This document shows, one piece after another, positions 1 through 8,807 of a stretch of 64,000 nt of DNA (positions are counted from its first letter, which is position 1; each line of letters opens with the position of its first letter). The position numbers were made by a program, and so were the translations under genes. Source of the DNA: a virus; IMG/VR virus record IMGVR_UViG_3300022902_000007; one strand, 5' to 3'. A model generated the notes under the pieces. The model ran no database searches. It was not told the DNA's origin and saw only the letters and a list, made by a program, of their open reading frames with translations.

Positions 1-175
1 TGGAATAGATGACTGCAGGTCCATCTGTACGGTGGAAATTACCGTTTTGGTACCACTCTTGGTAGTCATCAGAATAGACGACTGCAGGACCATCTTCTCG
101 GTGAAGTTTACCGTTGAAGTACCACTTGACGGTACCATTCTCGTAGGTTCTGACTTCTTGGGTTTTGTAGTTCAT
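1..175 (-). CDS. HRxDGPA 22-aa repeat protein (MORN-variant-like), runs off window edge
   Basis: Manual translation MNYKTQEVRTYENGTVKWYFNGKLHREDGPAVVYSDDYQEWYQNGNFHRTDGPAVIYS; 99-176 is identical to 1671-1748. Confidence 0.85.
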   Translation of the reverse strand, partial: MNYKTQEVRTYENGTVKWYFNGKLHREDGPAVVYSDDYQEWYQNGNFHRTDGPAVIYS

Positions 176-710
176 TCACACCATCCTTAGAAGAACACTG
201 ATGACAATGAGTTTCAGAGAAAGACAAAAGAATAGGAGCATTATTCTTCCCAATTGTCGGAAGACTTGTCTTCACGGCGCTTCTTTCGGCGCCGACGTTC
301 CGCCTTTTTCTCTTTTTTGGATTGGCGTCGCTTTGGGCTTTCTTCCCAATCGCGCTCTTTATAGACTTTTTCGTAGTTGCTATTTGATTGTGACATCTTG
401 TCTTGTCTTTGTGGAAAAAATTGCTCTCCTGCCTATTTGAACCAAGAGCCTCTCTCGATATCCCATTCTCTATTCTTACTTTGATGTTGCCATGTCTTGC
501 AACTTCTTTTATCTACTATTTGTAGGAATGGACAGGATTGGATTTACTCGTTCAGCAGGAGAGACTAAAAAGTTGGTCTTTGGCTCGGTCCACGGCTGAA
601 GGAGGAACAGCCTTGTTTTTGGAGTCATCATCTTCTGCCAACACCACTTCTGGACGTTGAGCCAAGGACCAAAAAGTCATTCGCGAGGCAAGCCGGCCTA
701 TGGCCGGCTT

Positions 711-917
711 TTATTCCTTGTTGTCTCTTGCGTCAAGATCAACAGTTCTGATTACCTTGATGATACGCCAGCGGCTGTTGTAGTGCTGGTCGTTCTTCTT
801 GTTGTACTCAGCTGTAGCGAGCTGGAAGCCCAAATGACTCTGGGCTGAATGTAAAGAGCTTCGGGCGGCTGCATGCTTCCACTTGTATTTAGCGAAGTAC
901 TGAATCTCGTATATCAC
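711..917 (-). CDS. hypothetical protein
   Basis: ORF co-oriented with neighbours, GGAG upstream of a GTG start. Confidence 0.5.
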   Translation of the reverse strand: MIYEIQYFAKYKWKHAAARSSLHSAQSHLGFQLATAEYNKKNDQHYNSRWRIIKVIRTVDLDARDNKE

Positions 918-1015
918 TGTTCTCCATACTTCTTCATGAGAAGCTGTTCGAGCCAGTAGAGTCGGGCCTTTTTGGGGCCGTAGAAGTAAACTTCTGTCAT
1001 GTAGAGGAAAAGCAT

Positions 1016-1747
1016 TTAGAGCTCCTGAAGCTGGTACCGAACACCTTCGATCTCAACAATCTTGCCGTTACAACCTTGGGTTTCGTCCGATTGGGTACGA
1101 AGACGGTGCTCTGCTTCGGTGAGGAGTTTGCCGTTGAGGTAATAGTACTTTGTACCACTGGAATAGATGATTGCAGGGCCATCTGTGCGGTGATACTTAC
1201 CGTTTTGGAACCACTCTTGGTAGCCATCGGAATTGATGACTGCAGGTCCATCTTCGCGGTGTCGTTTACCGTTTCGGTACCAGTACTTTGTACCACTGGA
1301 ATAGATGACAGCAGGTCCATCTGGGCGGTGGAGTTTATCGTTTAGGTAATACTGCTTTGTACCATCGGAATTGATGACTGCAGGTCCATCTGTGCGGTGG
1401 GGTTTACCGTTTAGGTACCAAGCCTGGTAGCCATTGGGATTGATGACTGCAGGTCCATCTGTACGGTGACGCTTGCCGTCTTGGTACCAGCGCTTTGAAC
1501 CACTGGAGTAGATGATAGCTGGTCCATCTGTGCGGTGTCGTTTATTGTTTCGGTACCAGCACTTTGTACCATCGGGATAGACAACAGCAGGTCCGTCTGT
1601 GTGGTGACGCTCATCGTTTCGGTACCACTCTTGGTAACCATCTTCACGGGTTACTGCAGGTCCATCTGTGCGGTGAAGTTTACCGTTGAAGTACCACTTG
1701 ACGGTACCATTCTCGTAGGTTCTGACTTCTTGGGTTTTGTAGTTCAT
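1016..1747 (-). CDS. HRxDGPA 22-aa repeat protein, 8 repeats
   Basis: Eight copies of W/YYxNGKxHRTDGPAVI at 66-bp periodicity. Confidence 0.9.
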   Translation of the reverse strand: MNYKTQEVRTYENGTVKWYFNGKLHRTDGPAVTREDGYQEWYRNDERHHTDGPAVVYPDGTKCWYRNNKRHRTDGPAIIYSSGSKRWYQDGKRHRTDGPAVINPNGYQAWYLNGKPHRTDGPAVINSDGTKQYYLNDKLHRPDGPAVIYSSGTKYWYRNGKRHREDGPAVINSDGYQEWFQNGKYHRTDGPAIIYSSGTKYYYLNGKLLTEAEHRLRTQSDETQGCNGKIVEIEGVRYQLQEL

Positions 1748-1750
1748 TGT

Positions 1751-2038
1751 TTACCTTTGCAAGGTCGCTGACAAGTGCTCAAGCACATAGCTATCCATGT
1801 TACATTCTTCAACAGACAGAATAGTATATTGAAGATTTGGGCTTTCATATCCGTTGATCACTTGACTGACCATGTCTTCGTCAAGGCAGCCCATGAGCAG
1901 GAACTTACGTTCTTGTCCAGCCCCTTGAATTTTGTTGTAGACGTAAGTCTTTACGATATAGTTCATTTGGTTAGTCCATTCCCCAGATGTGGCGCCGGTC
2001 CAAGACTCTTTCATAAAGAGTCCTTCTGTACGTGCCAT
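1751..2038 (-). CDS. hypothetical protein (true start possibly at MNYIVK)
   Basis: ORF in tightly packed minus-strand run. Confidence 0.5.
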   Translation of the reverse strand: MARTEGLFMKESWTGATSGEWTNQMNYIVKTYVYNKIQGAGQERKFLLMGCLDEDMVSQVINGYESPNLQYTILSVEECNMDSYVLEHLSATLQR

Positions 2039-2225
2039 TTTCTGGGAATTGCAGTGTTCCTTCTCTCAGTCCAAACTCAGTGAATCTCTTCCACTGTTGT
2101 CTGGATTCTCTTTCGTCTTCTCCAGACCATAGAGTCTCCCAGCCTCCTTGATTCCATCTTCTTACTTCGTACATTGTTTTGGCCTTACAGATAATACACA
2201 TAGACTGTGCGATGTGGAAAGGCAT
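1971..2225 (-). CDS. hypothetical protein (true start probably MYEVRR near 2174)
   Basis: ORF in tightly packed minus-strand run. Confidence 0.45.
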   Translation of the reverse strand: MPFHIAQSMCIICKAKTMYEVRRWNQGGWETLWSGEDERESRQQWKRFTEFGLREGTLQFPENGTYRRTLYERVLDRRHIWGMD

Positions 2226-2631
2226 CTTCGATAATCGCTTTCACAATTGTCCAAGAACCGCCAGCATTGTAACAGCCCATCTTGGGCATGCCTACCTTGA
2301 GCGATGAGTTTCTCTCGTTGAGTCGAAGAGAGATTGCCTTGAGACCGTCAGACAGAGCGTCATAGTTTGTATATCGACGGTCTCGTCCATATCTATGTTG
2401 TGCATATAGATTGACTACCCATTTGCTGTCAGCAACATTTGCAACAGTGAATGTGCCGAGTTTGCCTTCGTCACCTTTTTTGGACTTCTTGTCTGCTTCA
2501 AAAACTTTTGGCCATCTTTTTCTGAGAGCCAGTGCGATACCAGCTCCCATTGTGTGGAAGCAGTTCGCTTGGTGAATCAAGATATTGCAATCTGATTCAA
2601 GTAGGTCACCTCGAATCATTTCAATTGGCAT
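2185..2631 (-). CDS. macro domain (Appr-1''-p processing, Poa1p-like) protein
   Basis: GDLL..ILIHQANCFHTMGAGIA, VVNLYAQ and MPKMGCYNAGGSW are typical macro-domain motifs. Confidence 0.9.
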   Translation of the reverse strand: MPIEMIRGDLLESDCNILIHQANCFHTMGAGIALALRKRWPKVFEADKKSKKGDEGKLGTFTVANVADSKWVVNLYAQHRYGRDRRYTNYDALSDGLKAISLRLNERNSSLKVGMPKMGCYNAGGSWTIVKAIIEDAFPHRTVYVYYL

Positions 2632-3202
2632 TTCTTATCCATCCAGAAGTCTTAGTGACTGGGTTGATGTGGTAGATGTGTTCTTTCTTCAGATTGTTGA
2701 ACATGGCTCCAGGAATCTTTGACTTGCCAGTTCTGGCACAGCTCAGATAGTTGTAAGTACCACCTTTCTTCTTGCCATTCCAACAGATGATGGACACCGA
2801 GGAGTCTTCCAACATCCATTCGTTTCTCCATTCCATCATTTTGTAATAGTAGGAGAGGTTCTTGGCCGCCGACGGGAGAGGTCTTTCCCAAGTCTTGACA
2901 AGAGTCCTGGAACAGCGAATTACGTTTTCATGGTCTTGTATAGCTTGAGGAAGCCATCTGTAAGTCTGGTTGGGAATAGGCTGGTAAGCAAGTACTGGGA
3001 TACTGAGTCTGATGGCCTCGTCCATAGCCCACAAATCGAAGCCAAGGGCAAGACCGCCAATGATTTCTACATCAGGATACTTGTCTTTTGCTCTGTTCAG
3101 AGCTTCTCGTACCTGCTTGCGAATCCAGTTTTGTGGACCAAAACGCTGGTATCCGCCCATACCTTCACCTTGTGGCCTATGACCAGAAAGGGAGATCTTC
3201 AT
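2621..3202 (-). CDS. SLOG superfamily protein (YspA/DUF1273-like)
   Basis: SLSGHRP, GGLALGFD, RNEWMLE and W-x-G-x-x-x-GGT motifs. Confidence 0.8.
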   Translation of the reverse strand: MKISLSGHRPQGEGMGGYQRFGPQNWIRKQVREALNRAKDKYPDVEIIGGLALGFDLWAMDEAIRLSIPVLAYQPIPNQTYRWLPQAIQDHENVIRCSRTLVKTWERPLPSAAKNLSYYYKMMEWRNEWMLEDSSVSIICWNGKKKGGTYNYLSCARTGKSKIPGAMFNNLKKEHIYHINPVTKTSGWIRNAN

Positions 3203-3332
3203 ACTGTTCTCTACATGTTCACTGTTTTGAAGTTCTTTGGAATAAGTTTCATTTTGTTACCATTCCTGCCTTAAGAGCTCCGAAAGACTGTGTCAGAGCC
3301 AGTAGCCAAGATAGTTGTATTTCTTCATTTGT

Positions 3333-3728
3333 TCACTCACAGACTATACTCGCCCACTCGATTGCTTCTGGAGTCCAGTCGTTCTTGGGTAGACAGTATG
3401 CTGAATTGTTCTTGAAGTAGCAGAGATAGTCGAGGTCACAGTCTACACAACGAGTGATTGCTCTTGAGTTTAGAGATTCACATCTGTTATCAGGGGGCTT
3501 GTCGTGTTTCGCCGCGATTGCCTGCTTGATTCTGATTTGTTGTCGCTTCACTTCCCAGGACTGTGCTTCTTTACGGGCCTCTTCTCGAAGTTGCATGAGC
3601 TCAGCATTCTTCTGAGCAGCAAGATCCAGAGCAGTGGGCTCTGGGATGGACAAGATTCCGATGAAGATACCTACAGTAGCTGTTGGCAGTAGGATGGCTA
3701 CGAGAAGAAGCTTGTATCGTTCTTTCAT
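3333..3728 (-). CDS. membrane-anchored hypothetical protein
   Basis: N-terminal hydrophobic helix, Cys-rich C-terminus. Confidence 0.6.
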   Translation of the reverse strand: MKERYKLLLVAILLPTATVGIFIGILSIPEPTALDLAAQKNAELMQLREEARKEAQSWEVKRQQIRIKQAIAAKHDKPPDNRCESLNSRAITRCVDCDLDYLCYFKNNSAYCLPKNDWTPEAIEWASIVCE

Positions 3729-3940
3729 TCTACTTCTTCCATGTTGTTTCTGTTGCTCCAGTTATAGACTCGTAGTGTATGACACTTTGGACATGCTTCC
3801 AGGTCTACTTCGGTTTTGTCATCATGGTAGTTGTCTTCATGCTTGAAGAACAGTCCAGAGACTTTGTAGAAGTGGTCGTACTGATAGCTTTTCTTTTCTT
3901 CATCGTCGATGAAGCCACAAGTTTTGCATTGGGTTTTCAT
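3725..3940 (-). CDS. small zinc-ribbon protein
   Basis: CKTC ... CPKC pairs. Confidence 0.6.
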   Translation of the reverse strand: MKTQCKTCGFIDDEEKKSYQYDHFYKVSGLFFKHEDNYHDDKTEVDLEACPKCHTLRVYNWSNRNNMEEVE

Positions 3941-3943
3941 TTG

Positions 3944-4411
3944 TTATCTCTTGTTCAGAATCTCAATTGCTTGTTGTACTTCTCTGTCAGTGATACCAGT
4001 ACGATAGTCAGTCTGTACAAAGGAACTCAGGTCAGAGAGGTCGAGGTCGTCAATTGCGACCCAGTGAGTGAATGGCCAGCTATTGTCTTTGAGCCATCGG
4101 CGAATTTCTTGACAGCGCTCCTGTTCGAGAGTGGGCGTTTCTTGAATAACTATAGATCTCCACTCTATTCCTGGTGTGTATCCAATGATTTCACCGATGC
4201 AGTCGTAGGATTCAAGCAAGTCTTGGAGCTGGGCAATGGTGCACCCATGTCTCCAATCACTGCTGATTACGAGCTTTGCACCAGTTGCACGGATAATGTC
4301 ATTTACCTTGTTGACCATTGCGGGCCAAAACCAAATTCTTGGAATTTCAAGGCCTGTAGGCTGAGAACCGGAGTTGATTACTCCGTCGAAATCAAGGAAG
4401 ATGCCTTTCAT
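3944..4411 (-). CDS. HAD-family phosphatase (Swiss-Army-knife RNA-repair type HAD)
   Basis: FLDFDGVI, LVISSDWR, RCQEI, VAIDD and TGIT motifs. Confidence 0.85.
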   Translation of the reverse strand: MKGIFLDFDGVINSGSQPTGLEIPRIWFWPAMVNKVNDIIRATGAKLVISSDWRHGCTIAQLQDLLESYDCIGEIIGYTPGIEWRSIVIQETPTLEQERCQEIRRWLKDNSWPFTHWVAIDDLDLSDLSSFVQTDYRTGITDREVQQAIEILNKR

Positions 4412-4414
4412 TAT

Positions 4415-4753
4415 TTACTCACAAGCTTCTTTCGCGGCCTTCAAAACACTTTGTTGGCCAAGAAGATACATGTTGATGAAGTTTCCAAGGATTGAGCTGA
4501 AAATCTCACTGCTTCGGGAAGACATGACAAGCCCGATAGCTTGGTTTACAAACTGTTCGGAATCTCTCCACCCCTTGCGTCCCAAGGCAACCCAAACCAA
4601 TTGAGCTCTTTCATCCATGGAGAAAGTCTTCGGGAAATTGAAGTCACTGCAAGAGAGCAGCACTTCTTTTCTGTCGTCGATTTGGTGTAGGCAATCGTCG
4701 CTCTGTACTTCATTATTCGCCTCTTGAAAGCAGTTCAAAAGAGTGGCCGGCAT
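4415..4753 (-). CDS. hypothetical protein
   Basis: ORF abutting neighbours. Confidence 0.5.
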   Translation of the reverse strand: MPATLLNCFQEANNEVQSDDCLHQIDDRKEVLLSCSDFNFPKTFSMDERAQLVWVALGRKGWRDSEQFVNQAIGLVMSSRSSEIFSSILGNFINMYLLGQQSVLKAAKEACE

Positions 4754-4791
4754 TTAGCCGGCCTTTTCTCTTTCTTTGTCTGTCTGATTCC

Positions 4792-5352
4792 TCAGAAGGG
4801 TCTTAGGAGCCTGACGCCATAGCCTTCTCTTTTGTGAAATGACATCTCACGGAATTCGTATGGAGTCATGTCGCTTGGCAGCTCAATGTATGCTCCAATG
4901 CTAATGTTGTATTCTCCTTCGTAGGCAGTTAGCAGCTTGGCAATTTCTTTGAGAAGCAGCTGTTCTGGTGTCTGGATACGAAGGAGATACTCTTCTTCGG
5001 TGAAGCGCTCATTGTCGAGATACCACTCTTTTGTGCCATCGGAGTAGACGACTGCAGGGCCATCTGTGCGGTGGGGTTTACCGTTTAGGTACCAAGCTTG
5101 GCCACCATCAGAATCGATGACTGCTGGTCCATCTGTGCGGTGACGCTTGCCGTCTTGGTACCAGGCTTGGTAGCCACTGGAATAGATGACTGCAGGTCCG
5201 TCTGTACGGTGAAGTTTACCGTTTAGGTACCATACTTGGTAGCCGTCGGGATGGATGACTGCAGGTCCGTCTGTACGGTGTCGTTTACCGTTGAAGTACC
5301 ACTCAATGGTTCCATTTTCGTAGGTTCTGACTTCTTGGGTTTTGTGGTTCAT
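4792..5352 (-). CDS. HRxDGPA 22-aa repeat protein, 4 repeats plus unique C-terminus
   Basis: Near-identical N-terminus MNHKTQEVRTYENG, four HRTDGPA units. Confidence 0.9.
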   Translation of the reverse strand: MNHKTQEVRTYENGTIEWYFNGKRHRTDGPAVIHPDGYQVWYLNGKLHRTDGPAVIYSSGYQAWYQDGKRHRTDGPAVIDSDGGQAWYLNGKPHRTDGPAVVYSDGTKEWYLDNERFTEEEYLLRIQTPEQLLLKEIAKLLTAYEGEYNISIGAYIELPSDMTPYEFREMSFHKREGYGVRLLRPF

Positions 5353-5355
5353 TGT

Positions 5356-5610
5356 TTACCCCAAGAATTCGTCTTCGCTACTCAGAGATTCGCTGTGGAT
5401 GATGAACTCACCGTCGATGCGAATTACTTCTGGATTGCGTGAAGGGATAGCCTCAATGATTCCCGTAGAGAGTACACAAATGCTGCAGTCACCCTGATAG
5501 GCGACCTTCATCAAGACTGGAGTATCTCTGTCAGTTGGGTATCGGAAGACTTCTCCGATATCGAGGTCACTGAAATGGATGACTTTCTTTCTGCCATGAG
5601 AGATTTTCAT
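5356..5610 (-). CDS. hypothetical protein
   Basis: AGAGGA upstream of ATG; abuts next gene. Confidence 0.6.
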   Translation of the reverse strand: MKISHGRKKVIHFSDLDIGEVFRYPTDRDTPVLMKVAYQGDCSICVLSTGIIEAIPSRNPEVIRIDGEFIIHSESLSSEDEFLG

Positions 5611-5868
5611 TGTTCCTCTCTATTTGTTGTACCAGGTGATGTGTGTCCAGTCCGTGGCTTCCTTTGCACGCCGCCTAATGTCGGCGTGCATTTTGTTTCC
5701 AGGAGCCGGCGCCTAAAACTTGTTCCTAAAGGCCTCAGAAACTTTTTCCTCTGCTTTTCAACAGCTATCTATTTCTCTTACCCCAAATTCTCCCATATCT
5801 CACTTACCAATATAAGCGATGTATTGATGAAGAAGGGTACTTTTTTACCCTCCCCTGAGGGTATCTTT

Positions 5869-6207
5869 TTACTCTGGGGTGAGTCGATAGCGATAGCCAT
5901 TGATTTCGAGGATTTGTCCCTTGAGAGGATGGGTTTGGAGTTCTGGGACGGATTGGGTACGACGCTTGTGCTCTGCTTCGGTGAGGAGTTCATCGTTGAG
6001 GAAATAGTACTTTGTACCATCGGAATCAATGACAGCAGGGCCATCTGTGTGGTGGAACTTACCGTTTTGGTACCAAGCTTGGTAGCCATCGGAATTGGTG
6101 ACTGCAGGTCCATCTACCCTGTGCAATTGTCCATTCTCGTAGTGCCTAACTGTCCCATACTCATCCGTAACAATCTTCGTAGTCATGACTTTCTCCTTGT
6201 ATGTCAC
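5869..6207 (-). CDS. HRxDGPA repeat protein, 2 repeats (true start probably MTTKIV near 6186)
   Basis: HRVDGPA and HHTDGPA units; AAGGAG upstream of the internal ATG. Confidence 0.85.
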   Translation of the reverse strand: MTYKEKVMTTKIVTDEYGTVRHYENGQLHRVDGPAVTNSDGYQAWYQNGKFHHTDGPAVIDSDGTKYYFLNDELLTEAEHKRRTQSVPELQTHPLKGQILEINGYRYRLTPE

Positions 6208-6410
6208 TTTGTAGGCCAGCTTTCGCTGGCCTTATGCAGCCTCTGTGGCTATTTCTGATTGTCTTTGCTTATCTTTCCATATGGGAGAAAAGCTTGGGGT
6301 TTTGCTTGTTGAGGGTGACTTATTGCTTGAAATCTTTTATATTGTTTGCCATAATGAGGAATATATACTCTCCCCATGGAGACTCGTGTTAATCTCAGAA
6401 TGAGGCAAAT

Positions 6411-6614
6411 ATGGCAAAGAACTCCAGAGGCCGGCCCTCCAAGATACTGTTTACTATCCGATTCCAGGATGTCTCTGATTATCTCAATGTTCCTGTAAGG
6501 ACTCTCTATCGGATGAAGGAAAGAGGACATCTCTCTGTAGAGGGGAGCCTTGAAGAGTTCTTGGATTGTCTGTTGAGGCTACGCTTTGAAAAGAAGCTGA
6601 AGGAGCTATTGTGA
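6411..6614 (+). CDS. small helix-turn-helix DNA-binding protein (excisionase/MerR-like)
   Basis: FQDVSDYLNVPVRTLYRMKERG HTH pattern; GAGG upstream of ATG. Confidence 0.7.
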   Translation: MAKNSRGRPSKILFTIRFQDVSDYLNVPVRTLYRMKERGHLSVEGSLEEFLDCLLRLRFEKKLKELL

Positions 6615-6652
6615 AGGGGCTCATAGAGTGAATTGTTGTGGAAGAAGTTTGT

Positions 6653-6829
6653 TTATTCGCCGCGAACTTCCAACACTGCGTACACGCTCAAACAGATGAT
6701 GAACACTACTGCATGATTGACTACACACAGTCTGAATTCTGGTGTAACAGTGTAGAGGATGGTGCTTACCATTGTTGACCATCCTGAATATGTCATCAGG
6801 ATCAGCATTGCGTTCTTGAATTCTTCCAT
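6653..6829 (-). CDS. small membrane protein (58 aa, not in ORF track)
   Basis: Manual translation MEEFKNAMLILM...VLEVRGE; GGAG upstream. Confidence 0.55.
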   Translation of the reverse strand: MEEFKNAMLILMTYSGWSTMVSTILYTVTPEFRLCVVNHAVVFIICLSVYAVLEVRGE

Positions 6830-6975
6830 TGTTTCTCCAGTATTCTTTAAGCGGCGGGCCCTTGAAAGCCCGCCTACTTATTGCTTGGGATGGTCATTCC
6901 TTCTTTTTCCCGAACGATAGAAACTACCATATCGGCCAAAAAGACTCAAATGCCATAGCGGTGGACACTTGTGAT

Positions 6976-7215
6976 TCACTCTTCGAGCTGTTCACACTTC
7001 TCTTCCAGGTCGGAAGGATAGATGTGCTCCAAGTAGGCTCCTGCAAAGAGGCTTGGACCACCAATGCAGATCCAGCAGATGAGGAAAAGGAAGAAATAGT
7101 CACCAGTGCCGTATTTCGAGTTGTTGTTGTCCCAGACATTCTTCATAAAGGCTTTGAAGGCCATGAAGAACAATGCGATGATTGCGAGAAGACCGAGGAT
7201 TTCGAGTGGGTTCAT
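6976..7215 (-). CDS. small two-TM membrane protein
   Basis: Two hydrophobic segments. Confidence 0.6.
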   Translation of the reverse strand: MNPLEILGLLAIIALFFMAFKAFMKNVWDNNNSKYGTGDYFFLFLICWICIGGPSLFAGAYLEHIYPSDLEEKCEQLEE

Positions 7216-7302
7216 TGTTTTCCCTTATAGCAGTTCATGAAGATAGCCCCACTCTTGTGGGGCATTCTCTCGGGCGCGAAACCAAACATTCTTCTTACAA
7301 GC

Positions 7303-7539
7303 CTACAAAGGCAGCTCTCTTACTTCCCTGAAGTAGACTCCATGTTGATGAAGTAGGTCTGCCAATACCATTGGATGATGTGTACCATGTCCCCAATACC
7401 TGACAGCAGACAGGTTGTCTCCGAGTGCCGTGACTGTAGGACCTTTGGTTCCAGTCATCTCTTCGAATGAAGTGAGCTTGTCAACACAGCTTTGTGCATC
7501 TTGGGGATGCACGTTTACTCTGATACGATAGCGTCTCAT
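7303..7539 (-). CDS. hypothetical protein (start moved to MRRYRI)
   Basis: ATGA overlap with the upstream gene; the longer ORF would run through a tRNA. Confidence 0.55.
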   Translation of the reverse strand: MRRYRIRVNVHPQDAQSCVDKLTSFEEMTGTKGPTVTALGDNLSAVRYWGHGTHHPMVLADLLHQHGVYFREVRELPL

Positions 7540-7733
7540 TCCTGACATGTGCAGACTCCGTCTTGGTAGGAGAGCATTTCTTGGCCGCAGGTTACACCGC
7601 AGTTCTTCAGGCTGGATGCATTGGTGGTCGTTACGATGGCAGCCAGCAGACCGAGAAGAGCAGTGAGACAGGCAAGGGTGATGATTGAGATCCCGATGTT
7701 GTCCTTGCCAATTGCGTTGATGAAGCTGGTCAT
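7536..7733 (-). CDS. small membrane-anchored Cys-containing protein
   Basis: TM helix followed by CGVTC..CTC. Confidence 0.55.
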   Translation of the reverse strand: MTSFINAIGKDNIGISIITLACLTALLGLLAAIVTTTNASSLKNCGVTCGQEMLSYQDGVCTCQE

Positions 7734-7764
7734 TTGGTTGGTTCTCTTTTGCGTTGGTTTTAGA

Positions 7765-7839
7765 TGGCAGGCCTACCTGGACTTGAACCAGGGATAAAAG
7801 TTTAGAAGACTTTTGTGATATCCGCTTCACTATAGGCCC
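7765..7839 (-). tRNA. tRNA-Arg(UCU)
   Basis: Cloverleaf: acceptor GGGCCTA/TAGGCCT, D arm GTGA/TCAC, anticodon arm AAAGT-CTTCTAA-ACTTT, T arm CCTGG-TTCAAGT-CCAGG, encoded CCA. Confidence 0.92.
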
Positions 7840-7957
7840 GAAGTCATAAGGAAGCCCCGCTTTCGCGGGGCTTATGGCCTTTTATTCCTTGTGAGGCCAG
7901 GCGGCGATGGCAAGAAAGACAATGACCAGAATCCAGAAGTCCATGAGAGCTCCTCAG

Positions 7958-8329
7958 CTACCAGGTGAAGCCTTTGACTCCATTGTCGAGCTGTACCACT
8001 CTCCACTTCTTCTTGTCAGCGTAGAGGAGGCTCTGGAGCTCTCTGAAGAACCTGTAGGCGAGCTTGTGGTGCTTGCGATACCAGATGTTCTTGAAGAGGA
8101 TGATGCTGCCTTCTGGAAGCAGGTTGAGTTGGTTGAGGAGGTCTTTTACTTGCGCGGCCCTCTTCAGTTGCTCTGCCCTGCTTTCCGCCGCCGCGACTAC
8201 GAACTCCCTCTTGCCATTGTACTGGCCCCACTGGAAGACTCGCCCCCAGAACTCCAGGGCATTGTCTTCATTGCCTCGGGAACCGGGGATGTAGACTCCT
8301 GCTGAATGGAGTCGCTGGTTGACAGACAT
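7958..8329 (-). CDS. hypothetical protein
   Basis: GAGGTGA upstream of ATG; co-oriented. Confidence 0.6.
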   Translation of the reverse strand: MSVNQRLHSAGVYIPGSRGNEDNALEFWGRVFQWGQYNGKREFVVAAAESRAEQLKRAAQVKDLLNQLNLLPEGSIILFKNIWYRKHHKLAYRFFRELQSLLYADKKKWRVVQLDNGVKGFTW

Positions 8330-8337
8330 TGCTCACC

Positions 8338-8511
8338 TCACTTGAGCCTCTTGATTTCTTCGTAGCTGATGATGGATTCTCCAGGACCGAGCTGTGCCTC
8401 GAAGACTTGGAGAGCTTCGTCGAGAGTTTCGACCTCTCCAACGATGTGATAGAGATGTCCAGGCACTATCCAGTTGCGCAGGCGGACCTTGGCGTGGATG
8501 TAGTAGGTCAT
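8338..8511 (-). CDS. hypothetical protein (start MTYYIH)
   Basis: ATGA overlap with the upstream ORF. Confidence 0.5.
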   Translation of the reverse strand: MTYYIHAKVRLRNWIVPGHLYHIVGEVETLDEALQVFEAQLGPGESIISYEEIKRLK

Positions 8512-8783
8512 GTCTCGTCCTTTTCTGCCATCAAGAGACCAATCGCGTTGTTGAGGTGGCATGGGTCCATTTGACTATGGATGTAGTAGAAGTTGTTGCG
8601 ACTGGCGACGACTTCAGAGGTTTCCGTGCAGTATTGCACGAAGTCTTTTGGAGCTCCGTAACCGAGGTCTCTGAGGCACCCGTTGACCATGAAGTGTATC
8701 ATGCGGAGTAGCATTTCATCCTCAGTGAGACGATGAAGAATGAGTCCGCCGTCCACGGAGATAGGCTCGTAGGTAGTCTTCAT
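8508..8783 (-). CDS. hypothetical protein
   Basis: ORF directly downstream of the tRNA. Confidence 0.55.
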   Translation of the reverse strand: MKTTYEPISVDGGLILHRLTEDEMLLRMIHFMVNGCLRDLGYGAPKDFVQYCTETSEVVASRNNFYYIHSQMDPCHLNNAIGLLMAEKDET

Positions 8784-8807
8784 GTGGGTCCCTGGCTTGT
8801 TGAGATG

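Noticed and set aside
1-6207. 66-bp repeats as a CRISPR array or a diversity-generating retroelement
   Set aside because: The repeats are contiguous in-frame coding units without unique spacers. No cas or reverse transcriptase gene is in the window, and differences are not confined to adenines.
7540-7830. N-terminal extension of ORF 7303-7830
   Set aside because: It overlaps tRNA-Arg and another ORF; the start at 7539 with ATGA coupling is more plausible.
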